24,000 nucleotides of DNA from an uncultured Candidatus Izemoplasmatales bacterium (GCA_964574705.1 CAZNOO010000007.1:11293-35292), one strand, 5' to 3'; counted from the stretch's first letter, positions 7,619-15,659 are shown. The notes: generated by a model from the letters alone, not told the origin. Numbers and translations are program-made.

Positions 7619-9631
7619 ATGAAAACTATGAAAAAGGTTTGGAGATACATCTCCAAATATAAAAAACTTCTTTGGATCACACTTTCCGCAATGGTTATCG
7701 TTCAATTCCTCGGATTACTGTCCCCACTGATTGTCAAATCGATTTTGGACAACTATCTCGTTGGAATTTCAAATCCATGGTATGAAGTAGATGCCCCAAC
7801 TTCAAAAACCGTGACTATCTTCAACCGTAATTTCACTCAGGAAACGAGTAATAACCGCGGCGCTTCAGTCGTTATATATCAAGGTGGATATTATTTTGTC
7901 GATGAAATCGTAAAAGAGGGTAGCAAATCCCTTGATGGCACGACACTTGAAGTAATATCTCAGGATGGTATTCCTTCCGAGTATTTCGCAACGAAACTTT
8001 CTACAGCTGAAGTCTTAACTTTTTATCAGCCGTTTATTCATCCATTAGAAATTATGATTCTTCTGTTATTTCTACGTTTCATAGCACAAGTGCTATTTAC
8101 TTACATTCAGAGATACACAACGTCAATGATAAATGTTAATATTGTCAGAGATGCCAGAAAAAATGCCATCTCGAGCCTCCAAAGAATGCCTATGTCATAC
8201 TTTGAGACAGAACCTGCGGGGAAAATTGCAAATCGAATTATCAGTGACGTCGGAGGAATGATGAGTCTGTTTTCGACCATCATCAATTTACTCGTTAATG
8301 CTTCTTTGGCAGTCGTATTTGCTTATATCGGTATGTTTTACCTAAATGCCAAACTTGCTTTAATTACTTTCGTCATATTCCCAGTTGTTTATATCTGGCT
8401 TCGATTCTTTATCAAAAAGCTCTCGACCATCGCTGAGAAAGTCAACGAACAAAACTCTATGATTACTGCTCAACTGAATGAGATTATCAATGGAATCTCT
8501 ATTCTACAAATTTTTAATTTTAAAAAACAAACGGAACAGAATTTTAACCAACTATCGAGCGAATTCATGCAGGAAAAACTAAAAGAGTCACGCTTGCATC
8601 TTACCATTGGTTGGAATATGATTAGATTGATTGGTGCTTTAGTGACAGCCGCAATCGTTTTATACTTCGGAAACGGGTATTTAACAATTCCTGGATTTGT
8701 CGTCACTGCTGGTTTAATCTATGCATACAATGACTATTTATCGAGGCTAGTCGAGCCTGTAGGAACCTTATTCAGAGAAATTGGTAACCTTCAGCATGCT
8801 ATCGTAAGAACTGAGCGTATCTTCAAAATTATCGATGGCGACCAAGAAGATGACACTTTTGAAGTCATTCCGCGATATATTGGAAAAATCGAATTTCAAA
8901 ATGTTTGGTTTTCATACCGAGAAGGTAATCCAGTATTGAAAGGAATCAATATGGTCATCGAGCCAGGTCAAATGGTTGGGTTGGTTGGCCACACTGGGTC
9001 AGGTAAATCTTCTCTAATGAGTCTTCTTCTGCGTTTTTATGATTTCAAAGAAGGGGACATGGGAACCATCACAATTGACGACTTGGACATCACTACTTAT
9101 CCTAAAAGAACCTATCGGAAAAACATAGGAATCATTTTGCAAGACCCTGTTTTATTCAAAGGAACCTTAGCTGATAACATCCGATTTGGGAAAGAGGATG
9201 TCTCAGACAATCAAATTGAATCCATACTAGTTCAAATTGGCGGTGCCAAGTTGCTTGAAAAACTAGAAAATGGCGTACTCACAAATGTCTCTAGAGGGGG
9301 AACGAACTTCTCTGTTGGAGAAAAGCAAATCATTTCATTTGCGAGAGCCGTCGTACATGATCCAGCCATTTTAATTATGGATGAAGCCACTGCAAACATT
9401 GATACCGAAACTGAAGAAATGATTCAGACTGCACTTGAAACTGTAGCGAAAGACAGAACGATGATTGTCATCGCTCATCGCTTATCTACAATTAAAAACG
9501 CCAATAAAATCATCGTACTTGAAAATGGAATCAAGGTTGAAGAAGGACGCCATAAGGATTTGGTTGAAAAAAATGGAGTTTATGCAAATATCTACCGTTC
9601 TCAAGTTAAGATTGAAGAGTTTCAGGGATGA
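7619..9631 (+). CDS. ABC exporter, fused permease/ATPase subunit 2 (consensus ATPase site, non-canonical signature, large TM1-TM2 extracytoplasmic insertion)
   Basis: 670 aa. Motifs: Walker A GHTGSGKSS, Walker B ILIMDEA (catalytic Glu present), signature FSVGEKQ instead of LSGGQ, and H-loop VIAHRLS. The RBS AGGTG lies 5 nt before the ATG at 7619. Confidence 0.95.
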   Translation: MKTMKKVWRYISKYKKLLWITLSAMVIVQFLGLLSPLIVKSILDNYLVGISNPWYEVDAPTSKTVTIFNRNFTQETSNNRGASVVIYQGGYYFVDEIVKEGSKSLDGTTLEVISQDGIPSEYFATKLSTAEVLTFYQPFIHPLEIMILLLFLRFIAQVLFTYIQRYTTSMINVNIVRDARKNAISSLQRMPMSYFETEPAGKIANRIISDVGGMMSLFSTIINLLVNASLAVVFAYIGMFYLNAKLALITFVIFPVVYIWLRFFIKKLSTIAEKVNEQNSMITAQLNEIINGISILQIFNFKKQTEQNFNQLSSEFMQEKLKESRLHLTIGWNMIRLIGALVTAAIVLYFGNGYLTIPGFVVTAGLIYAYNDYLSRLVEPVGTLFREIGNLQHAIVRTERIFKIIDGDQEDDTFEVIPRYIGKIEFQNVWFSYREGNPVLKGINMVIEPGQMVGLVGHTGSGKSSLMSLLLRFYDFKEGDMGTITIDDLDITTYPKRTYRKNIGIILQDPVLFKGTLADNIRFGKEDVSDNQIESILVQIGGAKLLEKLENGVLTNVSRGGTNFSVGEKQIISFARAVVHDPAILIMDEATANIDTETEEMIQTALETVAKDRTMIVIAHRLSTIKNANKIIVLENGIKVEEGRHKDLVEKNGVYANIYRSQVKIEEFQG

Positions 9632-9645
9632 AACTCTTTTTTTTT
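9617..9645 (+). terminator. intrinsic terminator of the U32-ABC operon
   Basis: A perfect 8-bp stem pairs GAGTTTCA (9617-9624) with TGAAACTC (9629-9636), with loop GGGA, followed by 9 T. The TGA stop at 9629-9631 is part of the stem. Confidence 0.85.
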
Positions 9646-9676
9646 GAAGATAGCCAAGGAAATTTAGCAAAAATCG

Positions 9677-9685
9677 TGGTAAAAT
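9677..9685 (+). promoter_or_regulatory. extended -10 element (TGgTAAAAT)
   Basis: TGGTAAAAT at 9677-9685, 28 nt upstream of the ATG at 9714. The RBS GAGGAG lies at 9701-9706. Confidence 0.45.
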
Positions 9686-9713
9686 GAAATTACCAAAATA
9701 GAGGAGATCTCAT

Positions 9714-9968
9714 ATGAAAAATAAAATTAATAAACTCATAGACTGGTTTGAAAGCCACTTTAACTTCATTATAGACATGTTCGCATTAGCGGGAGGCGTA
9801 TTCCTCATTCTGCTTGGAGTTTTCTATTTCTTTGGACTCATTTTAAACGCCAATGTCTTATCAATCGATTTGCAAATCATATTTGTTCCTGGAGTGATGG
9901 GGTTTTTAGGAATTCTAATGTTATTTGCACTTCGAATCACGAGACATTTAACAAAAAACAAAGAATAA
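9714..9968 (+). CDS. hypothetical small membrane protein (two predicted TM helices)
   Basis: 84-aa ORF with a strong RBS (AGAGGAGAtctcatATG). It has two long hydrophobic segments (FALAGGVFLILLGVFYFFGLIL and IIFVPGVMGFLGILMLFAL) and a basic C-terminus. I recognise no family. Confidence 0.6.
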   Translation: MKNKINKLIDWFESHFNFIIDMFALAGGVFLILLGVFYFFGLILNANVLSIDLQIIFVPGVMGFLGILMLFALRITRHLTKNKE

Positions 9969-10004
9969 GATTCATCCAAGTTTGTTGAAGGAGAGTTTTT
10001 TTAT

Positions 10005-10784
10005 ATGAATGAAACTGTTCAAACAATCATAAACCGCTGCTCGTTACGCAAATTTAACGACCAAGCGATTAGCAAAGAACATATGGAGATAATCATTGAA
10101 AGCATGAAACGTGCTCCTACAGCAGGAAATCAGATGCTTTACTCGATTATTTTAGTAACAGATAAAGATAAATTGAATCAGCTATCCATCAGTTGTGATA
10201 ACCAACCATTTATTAAAGACGCACCACTTGCGATGATTATCCTGGCAGATCAACAAAAATGGTTCGATTATTACCTTCAAAATAATATACTGGATTATTG
10301 TGACAAAACGGGTCTTGAGTATAAGTCCCCACAATTTGGGGATTTGTTCATCGCAATTGAAGACGCAATGGTAGCGGCCCAAAATGCCGTTATTGCAGCA
10401 GAGTCTTTAGGAATAGGAAGTTGTTACATCGGTGACATTCTTGAAAATTATGAATTTCATAAGGAATTATTGAAACTACCAGATTTTGTCTTTCCCATTT
10501 CGATGCTGTTATTTGGATATTATCCAGAAAATCATAAGAAAGTGTTCCGACCACGCTTTGACAACAAGTATTTTGTTTTTGAAAACGAATATAATTCACT
10601 TGACAAGGAACAAATTAAGGAGATGTTCGGTTTAGCGGATCAATCATTTCGTCCAAACAACTCTTACCAAGCAGAAAACTTCGCACAGATGTTTTATGCT
10701 CGAAAAACAAACTCCGTATTTATGAAAGAGATGAATCGCAGTATCCTAAGGATGCTTGAAAACTGGTCCGGTACTAAAAAATAA
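10005..10784 (+). CDS. nitroreductase-family flavoprotein
   Basis: 259 aa. The N-terminal motif RCSLRKFNDQAISKEHMEIIIESMKRAPTAGNQMLYSIILV is typical of the NfsB/FRP-type nitroreductase fold, and the glycine motif ESLGIGSCYIG is also present. The RBS GAAGGAGAG precedes the start. Confidence 0.85.
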   Translation: MNETVQTIINRCSLRKFNDQAISKEHMEIIIESMKRAPTAGNQMLYSIILVTDKDKLNQLSISCDNQPFIKDAPLAMIILADQQKWFDYYLQNNILDYCDKTGLEYKSPQFGDLFIAIEDAMVAAQNAVIAAESLGIGSCYIGDILENYEFHKELLKLPDFVFPISMLLFGYYPENHKKVFRPRFDNKYFVFENEYNSLDKEQIKEMFGLADQSFRPNNSYQAENFAQMFYARKTNSVFMKEMNRSILRMLENWSGTKK

Positions 10785-10786
10785 AG

Positions 10787-10818
10787 AAAAAAGCCCATTG
10801 ATTTTGGGCTTTTATTTT
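10787..10818. terminator. bidirectional intrinsic terminator shared by the convergent nitroreductase and xerC genes
   Basis: A 9-bp stem pairs AAAAGCCCA (10789-10797) with TGGGCTTTT (10805-10813). It is flanked by an A-run on the left and T-runs on the right, so it has a U-tract in both orientations. The xerC stop (complement of 10812-10814) lies in the stem. Confidence 0.8.
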
Positions 10819-11720
10819 GCTCTGGGATGTGTGTTTTGATAGACTTCCTTCAATTTTTCTTTCGAAACCTTTGTATAGATTTGCGTTGTGGATAAACTGA
10901 CGTGTCCAAGTAGTTCCTGAACGCTTCTTAAGTCAACTCCATGATCCAACAAATGAGTCGCGAAAGAGTGCCTAAAGGAATGTGGAGATATATGTAAGGT
11001 CGAAGCTTGATGATCAAGTTCTCTGTTTAAGATGTCCCTCACTCCTCGAGCGGTTAATGGAGTTCCTTTAAAATTCAAAAACAGGTAATGATGATCTGTT
11101 CGTTCAGTTCTAGCCAGAAAAACACTCCTTACAAACACCAGATAATCTTTGATTTTTTGAATTGCGATTTCGTGAATTGGAACAACCCTGTCTTTTGATC
11201 CTTTACCATGGACCAAAACAGTCTTAAAAACATAATCGATATCAGTAATTTTGATTGAGACCAACTCGCTAACCCGTAGACCACATCCATACAAAAGTTC
11301 AAATATCGCAAGATCTCTCTTTCCTTTTAAACTCGTCGTATCAATATGATTCAAAAAATCCATCATCTCATTTTCGTAGATGAATTTAGGTAATTTCTTT
11401 CCTTCTTTGGGTAAAGTGACATTATGAAAAGGATTGATTGTCAAATGTTCTTCGCTCACTAAATATTCGTAGAACGAGCGCAAACTGCTGATTTTTCTAC
11501 GAATCGATCTTGGTGAATATTGATTATGAAGAAATGATATGTAAAATTTGGAAACTCTTTCGCTCGCATGAAATAAGTCGCCGAGTTCTTCTTGATTTAA
11601 AAACGTGACAAAAGTTCGGATATCTCCCAAATAAGAAATCACAGTATTAATTGCGTAATTCTTTTGAGTTGATAGATAATTCTCAAACTCATAAATCATT
11701 TCGTCATTATTCAATATCAT
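10812..11720 (-). CDS. xerC: tyrosine site-specific recombinase XerC/XerD family, probably the chromosomal XerC (CodV-type)
   Basis: 302 aa. The C-terminal catalytic block is HSFRHSFATHLLDHGVDLRSVQELLGHVSLSTTQIYTKV (R..H-x-x-R..H..Y). The N-terminal SAM-like domain reads YLSTQKNYAINTVISYLGDI. It lies immediately downstream of, and overlapping, trmFO, as in the Bacillus trmFO-xerC(codV) arrangement. The exact start codon is uncertain: ATG 11720 has tight RBS spacing. Confidence 0.85.
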   Translation of the reverse strand: MILNNDEMIYEFENYLSTQKNYAINTVISYLGDIRTFVTFLNQEELGDLFHASERVSKFYISFLHNQYSPRSIRRKISSLRSFYEYLVSEEHLTINPFHNVTLPKEGKKLPKFIYENEMMDFLNHIDTTSLKGKRDLAIFELLYGCGLRVSELVSIKITDIDYVFKTVLVHGKGSKDRVVPIHEIAIQKIKDYLVFVRSVFLARTERTDHHYLFLNFKGTPLTARGVRDILNRELDHQASTLHISPHSFRHSFATHLLDHGVDLRSVQELLGHVSLSTTQIYTKVSKEKLKEVYQNTHPRAK

Positions 11721-13017
11721 TCATCTCCATAAAGGAACGTAATGCTTCAATACTTCTTTGCGCGTACATTTCTTTTCTTGCCTTCTTGAAATGTTGTTCC
11801 TCAAGAGGCGGAAAAATCCCGAAATTTGCATTCATTGGTTGGAAATATATTGGATCTGACTCAGCGAGATAATGAGCTTGAGATCCCATTGCTGTTTCTA
11901 TCGGGAAAGCCAATTTGGGCATACCCTTAATCATCCGCGCCATGTTTATGGAAGCAATCATTGCTGATCCAATTGATTCTACATATCCTTCTACTCCGCT
12001 TAATTGACCGGCGATGAATATGTTTGGTAACTTTTTCAGTTGATAAGTATCATTTATTAGTTTTGGAGCATTGATATAAGAATTTCTATGCATCACGCCA
12101 TATCTAACAATATTGGCTTGTTCAAGACCTGGAATCATTCTTATGATTCTTAATTGCTCTCCGAATTTCATGTGCGTTTGAAAGCCAACAATATTATATA
12201 GACTTTTTGACAGATTATCCTGTCTTAATTGTACCATGGCATATGCTCTTGTTCCATCTGGCTTTCTTAGTCCCACAGGCTTCATCGGTCCATAGGTCAA
12301 AGTTTGAGGACCGCGCTTTGCCATTTCTTCAATTGGCATGCATCCCTCGAATACTTTCATTTCGAAGTCTTTTGGAATGACACACTCAGCATGTATCAAT
12401 TCATTGTACCAAACATCATATTCTTCTTTCGACATTGGGCAATTTATATATGTTGCCTCTCCTTTGTCGTACCTACTTTTCATGAAAGCAATATCCATAT
12501 TGATCGAGTCCGCTTCAATGATGGGTGCAGCAGCGTCAAAAAAATAGAGAGTATCTTCTCCAGTGATTTTCTTGATTTCTTCAAACAGAGCATCACTCGT
12601 TAAAGGTCCAGTCGCAACCAATACATTTCCTTCTGGTAAAGAAGTGACTTCTTCGTCAATGACTTCAATAAGAGGGTGGTTTAAAATTGCTTGTGTACAC
12701 GCCTCTGAAAAAAGATCTCTATCCACAGCTAGTGCACTTCCTGCAGGAACTCTGGTTTTATCTGCACAGCGAATGACCAAAGAGTCTAGCATTCGAAGTT
12801 CTTCTTTTAGCAAACCTGCTGCGTTTTGTATGGAATCGCTCCGAAATGAATTCGAACACACTAGTTCAGCAAAAGTATTCATGGTATGAGCGGGTGATTT
12901 CTTGATTTTCTTCATTTCATGGAGAAAGACATGAATCCCTCTTTTTGCGAGCTGATAACTCGCTTCCACTCCAGCAAGCCCCGCGCCTATCACGTGAACA
13001 ATGGGTCTGTTTTCCAA
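11707..13017 (-). CDS. trmFO: methylenetetrahydrofolate--tRNA-(uracil54-C5)-methyltransferase TrmFO (Gid)
   Basis: 436 aa. The FAD motif VHVIGAGLAGVEASYQLAKRG, plus ELVCSNSFRS, GQLSGVEGYVES and PMNANFG, are characteristic of TrmFO. The apparent start is TTG at 13017, with RBS GAGGAAG 6 nt upstream. Confidence 0.95.
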   Translation of the reverse strand: MENRPIVHVIGAGLAGVEASYQLAKRGIHVFLHEMKKIKKSPAHTMNTFAELVCSNSFRSDSIQNAAGLLKEELRMLDSLVIRCADKTRVPAGSALAVDRDLFSEACTQAILNHPLIEVIDEEVTSLPEGNVLVATGPLTSDALFEEIKKITGEDTLYFFDAAAPIIEADSINMDIAFMKSRYDKGEATYINCPMSKEEYDVWYNELIHAECVIPKDFEMKVFEGCMPIEEMAKRGPQTLTYGPMKPVGLRKPDGTRAYAMVQLRQDNLSKSLYNIVGFQTHMKFGEQLRIIRMIPGLEQANIVRYGVMHRNSYINAPKLINDTYQLKKLPNIFIAGQLSGVEGYVESIGSAMIASINMARMIKGMPKLAFPIETAMGSQAHYLAESDPIYFQPMNANFGIFPPLEEQHFKKARKEMYAQRSIEALRSFMEMNDIE

Positions 13018-13039
13018 ACTAACACTTCCTCTTCATAAT

Positions 13040-13070
13040 ATTATATCAAAAAAAACAGCAAAGCATTCAA
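13040..13070 (-). promoter_or_regulatory. candidate promoter for trmFO-xerC
   Basis: On the minus strand: TTGAAT (complement of 13065-13070), then gaTATAAT (complement of 13040-13047). The spacer is 19 nt to TATAAT, or 17 nt to GATATA, which is not ideal. Confidence 0.35.
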
Positions 13071-13092
13071 AAAGCCACAAAATCGTGGCTTT
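13066..13092 (-). terminator. intrinsic terminator of the amylase gene
   Basis: Read on the minus strand: AAAGCCAC gatttt GTGGCTTT followed by TTGAATG. The 8-bp GC-containing stem pairs 13071-13078 with 13085-13092, and the T-run continues out of the stem. Confidence 0.7.
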
Positions 13093-13139
13093 AATGTTAT
13101 ATATAGTTCAAAACATTTAATTAAAAATAAAGGCTGAAG

Positions 13140-14441
13140 CTATTCTTTTTCTGCTTTTTTAAGATGAATAACAATAGGATATAATCCTAGTTTAATCTGA
13201 CTATTTTCAACTTTAACTGTCTTTCCATTCATTAAATTTCTATAGATGCCATCACTGAATTGCACTTTCATTTCCCCTGATACTTGCCCAACATTGAATA
13301 TTCCAATGAATAGATCAGAATCATCTTCAAAAGACTGGTAGGCAACGCCATCCACTTCAGGAATATGAACGATATATTTTCCTTGTGAGAACACTTTCTT
13401 CGATTTTAACTTGGTGAGTTTTGCTATAAATTTCGAAATATCTGCATTTCTAACGAAGACATCTTTTTCAAACAAATCCGGTCTAACGTTTGAAACAAAT
13501 TCTTGCCCTGCATAAAGCATTACTGCTCCTTTTTGGAAAAACAGGAATCCGGTCCAATTGAGTACCTTATCCATATCTAGATTTACAAGATCGGCAATTC
13601 TGCGTGTATCATGATTTTCCAGATTTTTCATTTTCACATAATTTGCAGGATAAATTTCATCTTGTCTTTTGATGGCTTCCAAAAATCCTTTGAGCGGAGC
13701 ATCACCTTTTAAATAGGCTTCCATAAATGGATATGCATCATAGTCGTAAGCCATATCGAATACTTGGTAGATTTCAGATTCTGAAGCGCCTTCAAATCCT
13801 TGATCTCTAATATACTTTAAAAAGTCTCCGTGTATTGATTCACTCAACCATATTGTGTTGCGATTGATTTTAGAAACTTCTTTCCTTGCATATTCCCAAA
13901 AATCAAGAGGAACAAGACTCGCTACATCCATTCGAAATCCATCGACGCCAAGACGAGCATAAAATTTCAGAGTGTCAGCTAACTCAAACCATAAGGCTTT
14001 ATCGCTACGATAGTTCAAATCGACAACATCCCACCATTCGCCGACTTTGTTGGCAATCTCGCCATTTTTATTGCGATAGAAATATTCAGGGTGCTCCTTC
14101 AATAATTTAGAATCTCTAGATGTATGATTTAAGACTTCATCAATCATAATCTTCATCTTTCTAGCATGCACTTCGTGAATCAGTTCTTTAAAAGTATCTA
14201 TTGTTCCTAGTCTGGGATTTATAAGTCTATAATCCTGAATGGAATAGGGGCTTCCAAGCGTCCCTTTTTTGTTTTTTTCGCCGATTGGATGTATTGGAAG
14301 TAGGTAAACAATGTCGACTCCCAAGGACTTGATTCGATCCAAATCGGTAATTAAAGCTTTAAATGTTCCTTCAGTCGTATGATTTCTAACAAATACTTGG
14401 TATATCACTTTATTTCTTAATGTAATTTTCGTTTTTTTCAT
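13140..14441 (-). CDS. intracellular GH13 (alpha-amylase family) glycoside hydrolase
   Basis: 433 aa with no signal peptide. All four GH13 conserved regions are present: I DEVLNHTS, II GVDGFRMDVA (nucleophile Asp), III IWLSE (acid/base Glu) and IV LENHDTRR. Confidence 0.9.
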   Translation of the reverse strand: MKKTKITLRNKVIYQVFVRNHTTEGTFKALITDLDRIKSLGVDIVYLLPIHPIGEKNKKGTLGSPYSIQDYRLINPRLGTIDTFKELIHEVHARKMKIMIDEVLNHTSRDSKLLKEHPEYFYRNKNGEIANKVGEWWDVVDLNYRSDKALWFELADTLKFYARLGVDGFRMDVASLVPLDFWEYARKEVSKINRNTIWLSESIHGDFLKYIRDQGFEGASESEIYQVFDMAYDYDAYPFMEAYLKGDAPLKGFLEAIKRQDEIYPANYVKMKNLENHDTRRIADLVNLDMDKVLNWTGFLFFQKGAVMLYAGQEFVSNVRPDLFEKDVFVRNADISKFIAKLTKLKSKKVFSQGKYIVHIPEVDGVAYQSFEDDSDLFIGIFNVGQVSGEMKVQFSDGIYRNLMNGKTVKVENSQIKLGLYPIVIHLKKAEKE

Positions 14442-14550
14442 AAATAATAACCTCTTTGAAGTTAAGTCGTTAATAAAAGTTTATCGCATTTGAACTCAAA
14501 AGTCCATCTTTATAACCAAAATAATATGAAATGGATGAATGGATATAACT

Positions 14551-14574
14551 GTTATGTAATTTTTGTTACATAAC
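14551..14574. promoter_or_regulatory. perfect inverted repeat, candidate LacI-family operator (O1)
   Basis: GTTATGTAA (14551-14559), spacer tttttg, then TTACATAAC (14566-14574). The arms are 9 bp with no mismatches. It lies in the divergent amylase/LacI intergenic region. The core reads TGTAA-N6-TTACA. Confidence 0.5.
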
Positions 14575-14597
14575 CATATATTAGTATATTAAATATG

Positions 14598-14611
14598 TGT
14601 AATTGTTTACA
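14598..14611. promoter_or_regulatory. cre-like / LacI-family operator-like 14-mer (O2)
   Basis: TGTAATTGTTTACA matches the cre consensus TGWAANCGNTNWCA at 13 of 14 positions; only the central C is T. It shares the TGTAA/TTACA half-sites with O1, and the two centres are 42 bp apart. Confidence 0.45.
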
Positions 14612-14619
14612 TGTTTTTC

Positions 14620-14648
14620 TTTTCATTTGAAATCATTCATTGTATAAT
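14620..14648 (+). promoter_or_regulatory. candidate promoter for the LacI-family regulator
   Basis: TATAAT at 14643-14648 with a weak -35 (TTTTCA at 14620-14625) and a 17-nt spacer. The RBS GAGAAGGA lies at 14673-14680. Confidence 0.4.
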
Positions 14649-14690
14649 GTGATTATCACTTACAGAAATCATGAGAAGGATGTGAAATAA

Positions 14691-15659
14691 ATGCCCACAA
14701 TTAAGGATGTAGCAAAACTAGCCCACGTCAGTGTTGCAACTGTTTCCAGGGTAATAAACAATAAAGGATATGTCAATGAATCAACTAAAGAATTGGTACT
14801 TGATGCAATCAACGAACTTCAGTATGTTCCTAACGAATTAGCTAGAAGTTTATTTAAAAAACAGTCAAGAATCATCGGTATCATTGTTCCACACCTTACG
14901 TCTTATTATTTTGCTGAACTGTTAGAAATTATTGAAGATATCACAATTAACTTCAATTATCGATTAATGGTTTGTAATTCCCAAGATAACAAAGAAAGAG
15001 AAACAAAATATCTAAAAGTGTTTCAACAATATAACATCGATGGAATCATTTTGATATCAAATACAACCAGAATTCAAGATTACAAGAGTTTAAACATTCC
15101 CATCATCGCGATTGATCATAAACTTACAGAGGATGTTCCTTCAGTTACTTCCAATAATATTTTGGGGGGTAAATTAGCTGCGGAAAAACTATTGTCTTCA
15201 GGATGTAAAAAATTGATTCATTTCAGAGGGCCCTCTGTCTTGCTTCCAGTTCGAGATCGAACGGTTGGATTCAAGTCTGTTCTAGAGAAGCACAAGATAT
15301 ACAACTTTAGTTTTGATTTAGATTTTAAAAATCCATCACAAGAAGACATCCAAAACGTCATTAACTCAAATCTTGACTGTGATGGAATTTTCTGTGATAG
15401 CGACATCATAGCACTTCATGTTCTTCAGTGCCTTAAAAAGGCTGGAAAGAGGGTTCCTGAGGATGTTCAAGTCATCGGATTCGATAACATTGAACTTTCA
15501 AGAATATTCTCCCCAAAACTGACTACGATTTCACAATCCACTGAAAAAATAGGCCATTACGCAGTTGAAACCTTGATGAAACTAATGAATGGTGAAGAAA
15601 TCGATAAGTTCCATCAACAGATTGATGTAACCTTGATTGAAAGAGAGACCACAATATAA
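14691..15659 (+). CDS. LacI/GalR-family transcriptional regulator
   Basis: 322 aa. The N-terminal helix-turn-helix is MPTIKDVAKLAHVSVATVSRVINNKGYVNESTKELVLDAINELQYVPNELARSL, followed by a periplasmic-binding-protein-like sugar-binding core (IGIIVP..., DGIILIS, VIGFDN). Confidence 0.93.
   Translation: MPTIKDVAKLAHVSVATVSRVINNKGYVNESTKELVLDAINELQYVPNELARSLFKKQSRIIGIIVPHLTSYYFAELLEIIEDITINFNYRLMVCNSQDNKERETKYLKVFQQYNIDGIILISNTTRIQDYKSLNIPIIAIDHKLTEDVPSVTSNNILGGKLAAEKLLSSGCKKLIHFRGPSVLLPVRDRTVGFKSVLEKHKIYNFSFDLDFKNPSQEDIQNVINSNLDCDGIFCDSDIIALHVLQCLKKAGKRVPEDVQVIGFDNIELSRIFSPKLTTISQSTEKIGHYAVETLMKLMNGEEIDKFHQQIDVTLIERETTI

Noticed and set aside
10812-11720. The tyrosine recombinase could mark an integrated mobile element.
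   Set aside because: It overlaps trmFO in the conserved housekeeping arrangement and has the XerC/D-type N-terminal domain. It is flanked by ordinary metabolic genes with no att-like repeats.
12304-12889. Three plus-strand ORFs (99, 69 and 108 aa) lie inside trmFO.
   Set aside because: They are antisense shadows of a highly conserved gene. They have no start context and no recognisable motifs.
13021-13050. A dif-like sequence (ACTTCCTCTTCATAATATTATATCAAAA) resembles B. subtilis dif (ACTTCCTAGAATATATATTATGTAAACT) and lies near xerC.
   Set aside because: The ACTTCCT match is simply the complement of the trmFO ribosome-binding site. The XerD arm matches only ~7 of 11 positions, within AT-rich promoter DNA, and the left arm diverges after 7 nt.
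14551-14574. TTATGTAA within the perfect palindrome resembles the XerD-binding arm of dif.
   Set aside because: The 17 nt upstream do not resemble a XerC arm or the central region. The element is a symmetric palindrome in a LacI-regulated promoter region, so an operator is the better explanation.
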